Shown: piece by piece, positions 10,701 to 19,767 of the stretch
How positions within the stretch are numbered: the first letter of the stretch is position 1
Layout: each line of letters starts with the position of its first letter
From: Vulcanimicrobiota bacterium
GTDB lineage: Bacteria; Vulcanimicrobiota; Vulcanimicrobiia; Vulcanimicrobiales; Vulcanimicrobiaceae
Reading direction: 5' to 3'
Length of the DNA stretch: 64,000 nt
Assembly: GCA_963820825.1 (NCBI GenBank)
Contig: CAWGBN010000009.1
Coordinates: 261,967 to 325,966 of the forward strand
Notes under the pieces: generated by a model
Databases searched by the model: none
Told to the model about the DNA's origin: nothing
Seen by the model: the letters and a program-made list of their open reading frames with translations, nothing else
Translations under genes and position numbers: made by a program

Positions 10701-10809
10701 CGTCGGCGAACTCCCGAGAACGCCCTCGGGGAAGGTGCAGAAGTACGTACTGCGCGAGCGCGCCCGTGAGATGCGGCCGCACGAGCGCGTGAAGGAAGCG
10801 ATATCGTGA
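7783..10809 (+). CDS. EPSP-synthase-like domain fused to acyl-CoA ligase (PlmJK/AsuB1/AnsJ+AnsK-like), two compensating frameshifts near 8230 and 8940
   Basis: AroA-fold motifs PNSKYHAHRAL, RRPVGPL, SQWISGLL, RLKESDR and NDHR; AMP-binding motifs FTSGTSGEPKG, WGTTE, WFRTGD and LPRTPSGKVQK; first and last segments share a frame (1009 codons in total). Confidence 0.85.
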
Positions 10810-11978
10810 AGCAACTCGACCGCGCAGCGTTCGACGAGGCCGCGTTTGCCGCATTGAAGGAGGAGATCGCGGCATACGTTGCCGGTCCCGGCGAAACGTG
10901 GGCCGCCCGCATCGAGCGCGAGCGCCGCGTGCCGCCGGAGCTCTGGGAAGACCTGCGTGCGCGTGGATATCTCTCGCTCGCCGCGCCCGAAGCCTATAGA
11001 GGGCGCGGCATTCCCTTCACCCGCTTTCTCGAGCTGATCGAGCTCTTTTCGATGTCGCACGCGTCGATCCGAATGATCGTCCACGTCGTCAACGGCACGT
11101 GGCGAGCGATGGACCGATTCGCGACGCAGGAGCAGCGCCGACAATTCGTAGTTCCCTCGGTTCAAGGCGCGGTGAAGATCGCATTTACGCTCACCGAACC
11201 GACCGCCGGGACCGGCGCCGACCTTCGCTGCAGCGTCGTGCGCGAAGGTGATACCTATTACCTGAGCGGCGAGAAACACCTCATCACCTTCGGAACCATC
11301 TGCGATTACTGGCTGCTCTTCGCGCGGCTCGCCGGTACGCGCGGCGCCGAGGGAACCGTCGCGCTCCTCGTCGACCGGAACTCGCCCGGTGCGACAGTCG
11401 TCGAGATGGACGAATCGATGGGCGTGCGCGGAACCGACCACGCCCGCTTGCATTTCGACCGCACGCCGGTTCCCGTTGCCAATCGCCTCGGCGACGAAGG
11501 CGAAGGGTTGGCAATTGCGCTCGGCGGATTTCTGACGCCCAGCCGCATCTCCGTCGCGATGAGCTGCGTCGGTTTGGCGCGGCGCGCGCACGAGCTTGCG
11601 GTGGCCTATGCCGGCAAGCGCGAGACCTTCGGCAAGAAGCTCGAAGCGCGGCAAGCGATTCGATTCATGATCGCCGAGAATGCGACCGATATCGAGGCGG
11701 CGCGCCAACTCGTGTTACACGCCGCGCGCCAATGGGAGAGCGGAACTCCCGACGCGCCGATGCTCTCCTCGATGTCGAAGCTTCAAGCCGTCGACATGCT
11801 CACCCGCGTCACCGACAAGGCGCTGCAGATTCACGGCGGCATCGGCTTCTGGCAGCCCAACGCCATCGAGCGCGTCTATCGCGACGCGCGGGCGCAACGC
11901 TTCGAAGAGGGCACGAACGAAATCCAAAAGACCGTCATCGCGCGAGCGCTTCTCGGAAGCGCGGGAGGCGGAGCATGA
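10806..11978 (+). CDS. Acyl-CoA dehydrogenase (AnsL/PlmL/AsuB2-like)
   Basis: [28 protein letters not shown] and QIHGGIG...[11 protein letters not shown] motifs; GTGA overlap with the upstream gene. Confidence 0.9.
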   Translation: MKQLDRAAFDEAAFAALKEEIAAYVAGPGETWAARIERERRVPPELWEDLRARGYLSLAAPEAYRGRGIPFTRFLELIELFSMSHASIRMIVHVVNGTWRAMDRFATQEQRRQFVVPSVQGAVKIAFTLTEPTAGTGADLRCSVVREGDTYYLSGEKHLITFGTICDYWLLFARLAGTRGAEGTVALLVDRNSPGATVVEMDESMGVRGTDHARLHFDRTPVPVANRLGDEGEGLAIALGGFLTPSRISVAMSCVGLARRAHELAVAYAGKRETFGKKLEARQAIRFMIAENATDIEAARQLVLHAARQWESGTPDAPMLSSMSKLQAVDMLTRVTDKALQIHGGIGFWQPNAIERVYRDARAQRFEEGTNEIQKTVIARALLGSAGGGA

Positions 11979-12781
11979 GCCGCCGGTTCGAGAACAAGGT
12001 CTCGCTCATCACCGGCAGTTCGCGCGGGATCGGCCGGGCGCTCGCCTTGACGCTTGCGCGCGAGGGCGCCTCGGTCGTCGTTAACTACGTGCGCAACGCC
12101 GATCTCGCGGCACAAACCGTCCGCGATATCGAGGCGCTCGGCACGCGGGCAATCGCCGTGCAGGCGAATATGGAGACGGTCGAGGAGATCGATCTGCTCT
12201 TCGACGCGGTCGAAGCGGAGTTCGGCCGGCTCGATCATTTCGTCTCGAACGCCGCGGCCAGTTCGTTCAAGAAGATCCTCGACCTCAAAGCGAACAATCT
12301 CGATCGCTCGTTCGATCTGAACGTTCGCGCCTTCGTCCTCGGCGCGCAGAGGGCCGTCAAGCTGATGAAGGACGGCGGACGCATCGCCGTACTTTCGAGC
12401 TATGGAAGCATTCGCGCCTATCCCACCTATGCGAATCTCGGCTCGAACAAGGCGGCGGTCGAAGCATTCGTGCGGTACATGGCCGTCGAGTTCGCGCCGC
12501 GCGGCATCAACGTCAACGCGATCAACGGCGGGCTTATCGACACCGAATCCTGCGCCTACTTCTACGAGCGGGTTGCGGGGATGGCACCGATCGAGTCGGT
12601 GCTCTCCAAGGTCCCCAAAGGGCGCATGGGCACGACGCAAGAGGTCGCCGACACGATCGCGTTCCTGCTCGCTCCCGAGTCGGAGTACATCACCGGTCAG
12701 ACGATCTGCGTCGACGGCGGCTTGAGCGTTATCGCGCCGCCGTTTTACTCCGATACCTCGCCGCCCCTCTCGCTGACGTAG
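11975..12781 (+). CDS. SDR enoyl-thioester reductase (ChcA/FabL-like, candidate 1-cyclohexenylcarbonyl-CoA reductase)
   Basis: ATG at 11975 (MSRRFENK), [12 protein letters not shown] and the Y-x6-K (YANLGSNK) enoyl-reductase-type motif. Confidence 0.85.
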   Translation: MSRRFENKVSLITGSSRGIGRALALTLAREGASVVVNYVRNADLAAQTVRDIEALGTRAIAVQANMETVEEIDLLFDAVEAEFGRLDHFVSNAAASSFKKILDLKANNLDRSFDLNVRAFVLGAQRAVKLMKDGGRIAVLSSYGSIRAYPTYANLGSNKAAVEAFVRYMAVEFAPRGINVNAINGGLIDTESCAYFYERVAGMAPIESVLSKVPKGRMGTTQEVADTIAFLLAPESEYITGQTICVDGGLSVIAPPFYSDTSPPLSLT

Positions 12782-12789
12782 CCGCGCTG

Positions 12790-14808
12790 GTGTTCGAACA
12801 CGCGCTCGCGGCGGGTTCGATCGGCTCGCTGCGACTTCGCAATCGCATCGTGATGGGCTCGATGCATTTGGGCATCGAGCGAGACGGCGCGGCGCTGGCC
12901 GCCTTTTACGCCGAGCGCGCGCGAGGCGGCGCGGGCTTGATCGTCACCGGCGGCTCGTCGGTCAGCCGGGTCGGCGCAGGCGGGCGCAACTACAGCTTCA
13001 TCAACGATCCGCAGAGCGCCGCCCCGCTGCGCCAAGCCGTAACGGCCGTGCACGAAGCGGACGGGCGAATTGCGTTGCAGCTCTTTCATGCCGGCCGTTA
13101 CGCGCTCTACGCATCGTTCGGATTGCAGCCGGTCGCGCCGTCGGCGATTCCATCGCGCTTCTCCCCCGATCCGCCGCACGCGCTGAGCGACGAAGAGATT
13201 CACGAAACGATCGGCGATTTTGCGCGCGGGGCGGCGCGCGCGCGCGAGCTCGGCTTTGACGCGGTTGAAGTGATGGCTTCCGAGGGCTATCTCCTCAACG
13301 AGTTTCTCTCGCCGCTCACCAACCGCCGCGACGACGCCTGGGGCGGCGACTTGCAACGGCGCATGCGCCTGCCGCGCGAGGTCTTAGCCGCGATCCGCGC
13401 GAGCGCCGGCGCCGATCTTCCCGTCATCTTCCGAATCTCCGGTGCCGACCTAATGCCCGACTCGACGAGCCCGGGCGAGACGCTCGATTTTGCGCGCGCG
13501 CTCGCCGCGGACGGCGTCGACGCGCTCAACGTCGGCATCGGCTGGCACGAGTCGGCCATTCCTACCGTCCAGCATCTCGTCCCCAGCGGCGTCTGGGTCC
13601 GGTACGCGGCTGCAGTCAAAGCTGCCGTCGGCAGCGTTCCGGTGATCGCCAGCAATCGCATCAACTCGCTCGCCGCCGCGCAAGCCGTACTCGCCGCGGG
13701 GAGCGTCGACTTCGTCTCGATGGCGCGTCCGTTTCTCGCCGACGCGCAGATCGTTGCCAAGGCGGCGCGCAACGAATCGCAGCTCGTCGACACGTGCATC
13801 GCCTGCAATCAGGCATGCATCGATCTCTCGCTGCTCGATGCGCCGGTCTCGTGCATGGTCAATCCTCGCGCCGGCCGCGAACTCGAGTTCCCCGAACCCG
13901 GCAGCGCGCCGGAGCGGCCGCGCCGGTTTGCCGTGATCGGCGGCGGGCCGGCCGGAATGGAGAGCGCGCGCGCCCTCGCCGCGCTCGGGCATCGCGTCGA
14001 ACTCTTTGAAGCGCAAGGCGAGCTCGGCGGCCAGTTTCGAATGGCACGGCGCATCCCCGGCAAGCGTGACTTCGGCGAGACGATTCGTTACTTCACCAAC
14101 GAACTCGCTCGACTCGGCGTGGTGGTGCATTTCGATTGCCGGCTTCGCGACGCGAGCGCACTGCGCGCGTTCGATGCCGTTGTCCTCGCGTCGGGAGTGC
14201 TGCCGCGGCGAGTCGCGCTTGAAGGAAGCACGCTTCCGCACGTCGTTTCGTATGCCGACGTCCTATCGAACGGTTGCGCGGTCGGCGAACGCGTTGCCAT
14301 CGTCGGCGCGGGCGGAATCGGCGCCGACGTCGCGCATTTCTTGAGTTTCGGAGAGGTAAACGTCGACGAGACGACGCGCTTCCTTTACGAACAGGGATTG
14401 GCGGCGCCGGCGGACGGCGCGCTGCTGGTGACCGGACGCAAGCGCGTTGCGCTGATGCGCCGCGGACCGACCATCGGTGAAGGCATCGGCAAAACGACGC
14501 GCTGGGCCGTCGTCCGCGCGTTACGCGCCGCGGGAGTCGAGGCGCTGCCGAACGTCGCGTACGAAGCGATCGTTCCGGGCGGCATTCGCGTGCGAGCCGC
14601 CGACGGTTCGTCGCGAACGATTCCCGCGGATACGGTCGTGATCGCGGCGGGTCAGGAACGAAACGACGCGCTGCTCGAACCAATCCGCGCGCTCGGGGTT
14701 CCGTATCGCGTCGTCGGCGGCGCGCGAGAGGCGATCGAACTCAACGCCGTGCGCGCATTCGAAGAGGGTCTGCGCGCCGCGTACGAGCTCGCACGCTTCG
14801 TCTCCTAA
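12790..14808 (+). CDS. fadH: NADPH-dependent 2,4-dienoyl-CoA reductase (FadH/AnsM/PlmM-like)
   Basis: NRIVMGSMH, SEGYLLNEF, GIGWHE, CIACNQAC...CMVNP 4Fe-4S motif, GGGPAG and GKTT. Confidence 0.92.
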   Translation: MFEHALAAGSIGSLRLRNRIVMGSMHLGIERDGAALAAFYAERARGGAGLIVTGGSSVSRVGAGGRNYSFINDPQSAAPLRQAVTAVHEADGRIALQLFHAGRYALYASFGLQPVAPSAIPSRFSPDPPHALSDEEIHETIGDFARGAARARELGFDAVEVMASEGYLLNEFLSPLTNRRDDAWGGDLQRRMRLPREVLAAIRASAGADLPVIFRISGADLMPDSTSPGETLDFARALAADGVDALNVGIGWHESAIPTVQHLVPSGVWVRYAAAVKAAVGSVPVIASNRINSLAAAQAVLAAGSVDFVSMARPFLADAQIVAKAARNESQLVDTCIACNQACIDLSLLDAPVSCMVNPRAGRELEFPEPGSAPERPRRFAVIGGGPAGMESARALAALGHRVELFEAQGELGGQFRMARRIPGKRDFGETIRYFTNELARLGVVVHFDCRLRDASALRAFDAVVLASGVLPRRVALEGSTLPHVVSYADVLSNGCAVGERVAIVGAGGIGADVAHFLSFGEVNVDETTRFLYEQGLAAPADGALLVTGRKRVALMRRGPTIGEGIGKTTRWAVVRALRAAGVEALPNVAYEAIVPGGIRVRAADGSSRTIPADTVVIAAGQERNDALLEPIRALGVPYRVVGGAREAIELNAVRAFEEGLRAAYELARFVS

Positions 14809-15555
14809 CTAGGCGTACCGCTTTCGTTCGTCGCGCCGGTAGCCGATCGCCGCAATCGCCGCGAAGGTCGCCGTGTAGAGCGCCAGCCCCGCGAGCGCGC
14901 GCATCGCGTTACTATCGCTGCCGATGACGCTCCATAAGAGATCGGCGAACTGCCGCGTCGGCAGATACGGTGAGATCTTGGCGACGGCGCTCGGAAGCTC
15001 GTCGGGCGGCATCCAGAGGCCGCCGGCGTAGGCGAGCAGCAGATTGGCGGCCGTCGCGATCGGCACGGCGGCGCGCGCCGACGTCCAATAGCCGATCGAG
15101 ATGCCGATCAGAACGAACGGCACCCCGCCAAAGAACGCGTAGATCAATACGCGCAGCCACTGCTCGAGCCCGAGATCGATCGGGGTAAAGGCTCGCGCGA
15201 CGAGCGCGACGACGAGCGCGGTCAAGATTCCAAAGAGCACCGCGGTTAGGATGCGCGCGGCGAAACGAACGAGCACCGGAACGGCGAGCGTGCGAAGATA
15301 GCGCTCCCACGGGCGGCCTCGCTCCTGCGCGATGCCGACGCCGAACTGATAGAGCGTCACGCCGACGATTGCGAAGACGATAAACGCCAGCGTCGTGAAG
15401 TTCGCGATCTCGGCGCTGCGACGCGCAAACGGCAGGTCGAATAGTACGAAGAACATCGCCGGAAAGAGCACGGTCGGCACGACGTAGCCCGGCCAGCGAA
15501 GGAGATCGAGAAAGTCGATCCGCGTATGGGCGCGCAGCAGCGTGAAAGAACTCAT
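14809..15555 (-). CDS. ABC-2 type exporter permease
   Basis: About six hydrophobic helices, ER..W..LR motif and GGLWMP; coupled to the ATPase gene. Confidence 0.85.
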   Translation of the reverse strand: MSSFTLLRAHTRIDFLDLLRWPGYVVPTVLFPAMFFVLFDLPFARRSAEIANFTTLAFIVFAIVGVTLYQFGVGIAQERGRPWERYLRTLAVPVLVRFAARILTAVLFGILTALVVALVARAFTPIDLGLEQWLRVLIYAFFGGVPFVLIGISIGYWTSARAAVPIATAANLLLAYAGGLWMPPDELPSAVAKISPYLPTRQFADLLWSVIGSDSNAMRALAGLALYTATFAAIAAIGYRRDERKRYA

Positions 15556-16379
15556 TGGACACTCCCGGTGAGCGAGAGAAATGCTTCTTCGAGCGACGGA
15601 TGCACGATCTCGAGCTCCGAAAACGCGATTCCATCTGCGACCATCGCGCGCACGTAGGCGTCGGCGTCGCCGGTCGACACGGAGACGGGGCCGTCGCTTC
15701 CGATGTAGGTCAGTCGCCGGCCGCCGACGCGTTCGCGCAACGCCTGCGGCGTGCCGTCGAAGAGCAGCCGGCCGCGATCGATGACGACGATCCGAGTGGC
15801 GAGCTCGTGCGCCTCATCGAGATAGTGCGTCGTAAAGAGAACCGAGCGGCCCGAACCCAAATCGCGTACCGCCTGCCAGAGCCTGCGCCGCGATTCGACG
15901 TCGAGTCCGGTGGTCGGCTCGTCGAGGACGGCCAACTCCGGATTCCCCGCGAAGGCCAATGCAAGCGCGAGGCGGCGCGACTCTCCGCCCGAGAGCGTTC
16001 CGGCGCGCCGTTTTGCGAGCGCCTCGAGGCCGAACCGCGCGAGCGTTTCACCGGCGGCCGCCGGACTCGGATAATGTGCCGAGACGAACGAAACGATCTC
16101 GTCGACGCGCAGCATGTCGGGAAAACCGCTCTCCTGCGGCGTGACGCCGAGGCGCCGGCGAGTGGCGACGTCGCGCGGCGAGCCGCCGAAGAGGGCGACG
16201 CGACCGGAGTCAGCGCCGCGCAGGCCAAGTGCGATCTCGAGCGCAGTCGTCTTACCGGCACCATTGGGGCCGAGCAGGGCGACGATCTCGTCGCGGCAGA
16301 CGTGCAACGTCAGCGAGTCGAGCGCGCGAATCTCGCCGTACGACTTCGAGACGCCGTCAAAGGCAAGAATGCTCTCCAT
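15552..16379 (-). CDS. ABC exporter ATP-binding protein
   Basis: GPNGAGKTT, LSGGE, LDEPTTGLD and TTHYLDEA. Confidence 0.93.
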   Translation of the reverse strand: MESILAFDGVSKSYGEIRALDSLTLHVCRDEIVALLGPNGAGKTTALEIALGLRGADSGRVALFGGSPRDVATRRRLGVTPQESGFPDMLRVDEIVSFVSAHYPSPAAAGETLARFGLEALAKRRAGTLSGGESRRLALALAFAGNPELAVLDEPTTGLDVESRRRLWQAVRDLGSGRSVLFTTHYLDEAHELATRIVVIDRGRLLFDGTPQALRERVGGRRLTYIGSDGPVSVSTGDADAYVRAMVADGIAFSELEIVHPSLEEAFLSLTGSVQ

Positions 16380-16382
16380 CGT

Positions 16383-16661
16383 CTACGTGGCTTCTTTCAA
16401 CAGCGCTTGGAGTTGGCTCACGTGCGCGGCAAAGGCGTCACGCCCGCGTTGTGTCAGCCGATAGCGCGTGAGCGGCCGGCGATTGACGAAGCTCTTCTCC
16501 TCCTCGACGTACCCGGCGTCGACGAGCTTGCCGATATGCGCGCCGAGATTGCCGTTACTGACGTCGAGCGAGCGCGCGAGCTCGGAGAACGCGACCCAGT
16601 CGAAGTTCAAGAGCTCGGCAACGATGCCGAGACGCACTTTGGAGAGGAGCAGCTCGTCCAC
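16383..16661 (-). CDS. Winged-helix transcriptional regulator (ArsR/MarR-like HTH)
   Basis: RLGIV...F..L...L..SNGNLG.H...L..AGYV...K.F..RRP.T.Y.LT..GR.AF pattern. Confidence 0.85.
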   Translation of the reverse strand: MDELLLSKVRLGIVAELLNFDWVAFSELARSLDVSNGNLGAHIGKLVDAGYVEEEKSFVNRRPLTRYRLTQRGRDAFAAHVSQLQALLKEAT

Positions 16662-16676
16662 GCGCTTGCGGCCGTA

Positions 16677-17255
16677 TTAGTCGCGAGCGAGCAGCTCGGC
16701 GACGCCGAAGCCGGCGTATCCCGCGAGCATGCCTGCGGCGAGAATATATGCGGCCATACCCGGTTGCGCGAAGTTCGCCGCGATCATCGAGACGACGACG
16801 AAGACTCCGGCAATCTGCGCGCGGCGATTACCGTGCATTCCGATATAGAGCAGGACGATCGCCTGAGCGACGCTCCAAATCGCCGCCGCGGCGATTCCGT
16901 TGAAGATTCGGTAGATCGCAATGTTCGCGATGAAGGCGAGCCCGAGCGTGAGCCAGAGAACGTTGAAGAACTCGCGCTGTAAGAGCGAGGTGCGCGCGAA
17001 CGAGCGGCCCGTGCTGCGGCCGCGAAGGATCGAGAAGAGCACGGCGGCGGCGAGCACGACCGGCGTCGACCAGATCGCCGCACCGGGGATCCAGCCGATC
17101 CCGACGAGGTGAACGCAGAGCGTCACGTAGGCCGAGGCGATCCCCCAAACGACGAAGTACTCCCCGCCGGAACATAGGCGCGGCTGGGCCTCCGCCAAGA
17201 TTCGCTCGACCATTTCGATGTGGTCGCGCGCCCGGGCAGCATCGATCCGTTCCAT
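16677..17255 (-). CDS. Hypothetical multi-pass membrane protein
   Basis: AGGAGG RBS before ATG 17255; several hydrophobic segments; in operon with the regulator and ABC genes. Confidence 0.75.
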   Translation of the reverse strand: MERIDAARARDHIEMVERILAEAQPRLCSGGEYFVVWGIASAYVTLCVHLVGIGWIPGAAIWSTPVVLAAAVLFSILRGRSTGRSFARTSLLQREFFNVLWLTLGLAFIANIAIYRIFNGIAAAAIWSVAQAIVLLYIGMHGNRRAQIAGVFVVVSMIAANFAQPGMAAYILAAGMLAGYAGFGVAELLARD

Positions 17256-17256
17256 C

Positions 17257-17460
17257 TCACACCTCCTGGGCGAGCAGAAGCCCGAGCGCGGCGACCCCGC
17301 AGACGACCCAAACGGCGACCTGAGCCAGTGCGTCGGGGCCGGCCAGACGCCAGAGTATCGCCGCACCGGCTCCGAAGAGCGCCCAGATCGCAAAGAGGCG
17401 GCCGAGGCAGAGCCTGGCGGCCGATCCCGGGACTCGGGTTTCTAGAATAATCTGTTTCAT
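17257..17460 (-). CDS. Small hypothetical membrane protein
   Basis: 67 aa, two hydrophobic segments, promoter immediately upstream, stop abuts the next start. Confidence 0.6.
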   Translation of the reverse strand: MKQIILETRVPGSAARLCLGRLFAIWALFGAGAAILWRLAGPDALAQVAVWVVCGVAALGLLLAQEV

Positions 17461-17470
17461 AGACTACTCT

Positions 17471-17512
17471 GTTTTAGCATAGCTTGAGGCCGGCGTCAAG
17501 ATTTGCTATCGT
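17471..17512. promoter_or_regulatory. Overlapping divergent sigma70-type promoters (rplU and ABC operon)
   Basis: Plus strand TTGAGG-N17-TATCGT (17484-17512); minus strand TTGACG-N17-TAAAAC (17499-17471); both have TG extended -10. Confidence 0.6.
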
Positions 17513-17521
17513 ACCGGGGTT

Positions 17522-17836
17522 ATGTACGCGATCATTGAGTCGGGCGGCAAGCAGTATAAGGTTGCCGAGGGCGATGTAATCCGCTGCGATTTGGTCGCGA
17601 GCGAGGTTGGTTCGGATGTGACCTTCGACCGGGTCGTTCTCGCCGGAAGCGGGGAGACGGTCAAGGTCGGCGCCCCGACCCTCGACGGGGCCAGCGTTTC
17701 GGGCACCGTTTTACGGCAGGCGAAGGACAAGAAAATTTTGGTCTTCCGCTACAAGCCCAAGAAACGGGTCCGCAAGCTCAACGGCCACCGTCAGCCTTAC
17801 GCCGAAGTCAAGATCACCAAAATCACGCTTCCGTAA
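17522..17836 (+). CDS. rplU: 50S ribosomal protein L21
   Basis: MYAIIESGGKQYKV...YKPKK...GHRQPY. Confidence 0.97.
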   Translation: MYAIIESGGKQYKVAEGDVIRCDLVASEVGSDVTFDRVVLAGSGETVKVGAPTLDGASVSGTVLRQAKDKKILVFRYKPKKRVRKLNGHRQPYAEVKITKITLP

Positions 17837-17852
17837 CGGCTCTCTGCCGCCA

Positions 17853-18242
17853 ATGCTCGAGGTGACCTTCTACCGGGACGAACGCGATCGAGTCTCGGGC
17901 GTTTCGGCCCGCGGCCACGCCGATTACGAAGATCACGGCAAGGACATCGTCTGCGCGGCGGTCTCCGCCGTTCTGCAGGCTGCGCACCTCGGTTTAAGTT
18001 CCTACGCCGGGGCGAAGGTCAGCGCCAGGCAAGTACCGGGTGAGATGGAGTTGTCGTGGCCGAAGGATGAAGGCGATCGCGAGAGCGTCCGCGCAATCGT
18101 GGCAACGGCCGAGTTGGCGGTCGAGCAGATCGCCCGCCGGTTTCCCAAGAACGTTCGTTTGAAGCAGGTTCGCACGCCGGGACGCACGGGCGCCGGACGG
18201 GTAAGAGCCTTGTCGGACCGAAGGAGAGTTCACGATGTCTGA
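17853..18242 (+). CDS. prp: Ribosomal-processing cysteine protease Prp (YsxB)
   Basis: GHA...DIVCAAVS His/Cys dyad; position directly after rplU. Confidence 0.88.
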   Translation: MLEVTFYRDERDRVSGVSARGHADYEDHGKDIVCAAVSAVLQAAHLGLSSYAGAKVSARQVPGEMELSWPKDEGDRESVRAIVATAELAVEQIARRFPKNVRLKQVRTPGRTGAGRVRALSDRRRVHDV

Positions 18243-18522
18243 GAGTTTCCGCACCACGCCGCCGGACCAGCCTTGGTCGGGCACGTCGAATACCGGTAAC
18301 GGCTACCAAGGCAGCCTCGGCGAGCGAGCCTCGCACGACGCCGACGACGCCGGCGAGACCGGGAAGGTTCTACTGGTCGGCGTGCTCGGCGGATTGCTCT
18401 CCGCCGCGGGATATCTTATCTACCGCCGCCTCCCCGAGGAGCAGAAGCAGCGCATCCACGCGCAGGTTCGCTCGGTGGTGGCTCAGCGGATTAACGAGAT
18501 TCGCCAGAATCTAAACCTTTAA
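18235..18522 (+). CDS. Hypothetical single-TM protein (YtxH-like architecture)
   Basis: AAGGAG RBS; one Gly-rich TM segment (VLLVGVLGGLLSAAGYLIY) followed by a helical basic tail. Confidence 0.65.
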   Translation: MSESFRTTPPDQPWSGTSNTGNGYQGSLGERASHDADDAGETGKVLLVGVLGGLLSAAGYLIYRRLPEEQKQRIHAQVRSVVAQRINEIRQNLNL

Positions 18523-18799
18523 ACGGCAGTTCGGGCTGATTCTCCGGTGCGGCGTCTTGCGCCGCCGCACTTTCGTGCCAGGGCGGATCGTACGGCCCGG
18601 TCTCGCGCCACGGGGGCGGCGAAGCCGGCGGCTCGTGCGAGTCGGCGGCTCGCTCCATCTCCGCGATGAACGATTGCGACGTGTTCTGAACGTCGCGCAT
18701 GAAGCGGCCCGCCTGGCGCATCACCTTCGGCAGCCGGTCGGGGCCGAAGAGCAAGAGCCCGAGGACGCCGAGTACGAGGATATCGGGTACGGAGAACAT
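18491..18799 (-). CDS. tatB: Twin-arginine translocase TatA/TatB family subunit
   Basis: MFSVPDILVLGVLGLLLFGPDRLP followed by an amphipathic helix. Confidence 0.8.
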   Translation of the reverse strand: MFSVPDILVLGVLGLLLFGPDRLPKVMRQAGRFMRDVQNTSQSFIAEMERAADSHEPPASPPPWRETGPYDPPWHESAAAQDAAPENQPELPFKGLDSGESR

Positions 18800-18848
18800 T
18801 GGATGGGAGGGCTTACCTGCGTAGCCGTGCAAGCATCAGGGCCCGCCC

Positions 18849-19331
18849 GTGAAGATCATTTATACGCGCGGCAACCGCACCGAGACTCTTGCCTCGCTCG
18901 CGACGCTGCGGAAAATTCTCAACCGGTTTGTGGCGCACCGCGTCTTCTACGAAGTCTCGAGCCGCAGCAAACGCGGGCACGAGTTCTTTTCGGCCAAGAA
19001 CGTCTTCGTGGTCGGGCTCATCGAAGTAACGAACTTCGAGCATCTCAAGATTCTGTTCTTCGACGCGAACAGCCAGCAACACTCGCTCGAGATTCTCAAT
19101 CCGCAGACGATGCGCATCTACGACGAGATGCCCGGACGCGGCTTTGCCGTTTCGTTCATCAGCGGTGACGGCGAGGGCGTTGAGACGCGCTGCTACATCC
19201 GCGACGAGGGTGCCGACGGCGACGCCATTCACGAGCGCACGGCCCTGGAGAAGATCACCTTGCCGCAGCTCTTCGAATACCTGGAAGAGATTACCGCCGC
19301 CGAGCCCGCTTCCAACCACGTACAGCGTTAG
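18849..19331 (+). CDS. Hypothetical protein
   Basis: 160 aa ORF with coding-like codon usage and globular composition; family not recognised. Confidence 0.7.
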   Translation: MKIIYTRGNRTETLASLATLRKILNRFVAHRVFYEVSSRSKRGHEFFSAKNVFVVGLIEVTNFEHLKILFFDANSQQHSLEILNPQTMRIYDEMPGRGFAVSFISGDGEGVETRCYIRDEGADGDAIHERTALEKITLPQLFEYLEEITAAEPASNHVQR

Positions 19332-19758
19332 CGCGGCGCTCGAGCCGCTGCGCGGTTCGTAACGCGCGCACGCCGTCGGCGATTCGCCCGGCACGCTTAT
19401 AGGCGACTCCCAAGTTCAAATACGCGACTGCGTAATCGCCGTCCGACGCAATCGCGCTCTCGTACCAAACGATCGCGGCCTCGACCCGGCCTTCTTCGAG
19501 CAGTAAATTCCCCAGGTTCGTCAGCGCCGGTGCGTATGCCGCACGTGCCTCCAGTGCAGCGGCGAAATCGGCGCGTGCGAGCTCCCGCAGGCTCAGCCCG
19601 ATCCTCGCGACGCCGCGTTTGTTGAGCAGAAACGCGCGTTCGCCGGCAGCGAGCCGTTCCGAGGCGAGCAGCTCGTCGAGCGCGGTCTGCGCGCGCTCGA
19701 ACTCGCGGCGATCGAGGGCCTGCAGCGCAAAAGCAAATCGAGGTTCATCCCGAAACAC
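19291..19758 (-). CDS. Tetratricopeptide repeat protein
   Basis: GGAGGG RBS then GTG at 19758; TPR patterns LNKRGVARI, ALTNLGNLL and AYLNLGVAY. Confidence 0.8.
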   Translation of the reverse strand: MFRDEPRFAFALQALDRREFERAQTALDELLASERLAAGERAFLLNKRGVARIGLSLRELARADFAAALEARAAYAPALTNLGNLLLEEGRVEAAIVWYESAIASDGDYAVAYLNLGVAYKRAGRIADGVRALRTAQRLERRANAVRGWKRARRR

Positions 19759-19767
19759 GCACCCTCC

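Noticed and set aside
8755..14808. Catabolic cyclohexanecarboxylate or beta-oxidation operon (ligase + acyl-CoA dehydrogenase + SDR + FadH)
   Set aside because: There is no hydratase, ring-opening hydrolase, thiolase or importer. The ligase is fused to an AroA-fold domain and linked to a DAHP synthase and a KS, which fits biosynthesis better.
14809..17460. ABC exporter as part of the CHC cluster
   Set aside because: It is convergent, has its own regulator and promoter, and is a widespread stand-alone module; there is no evidence of linkage beyond adjacency.
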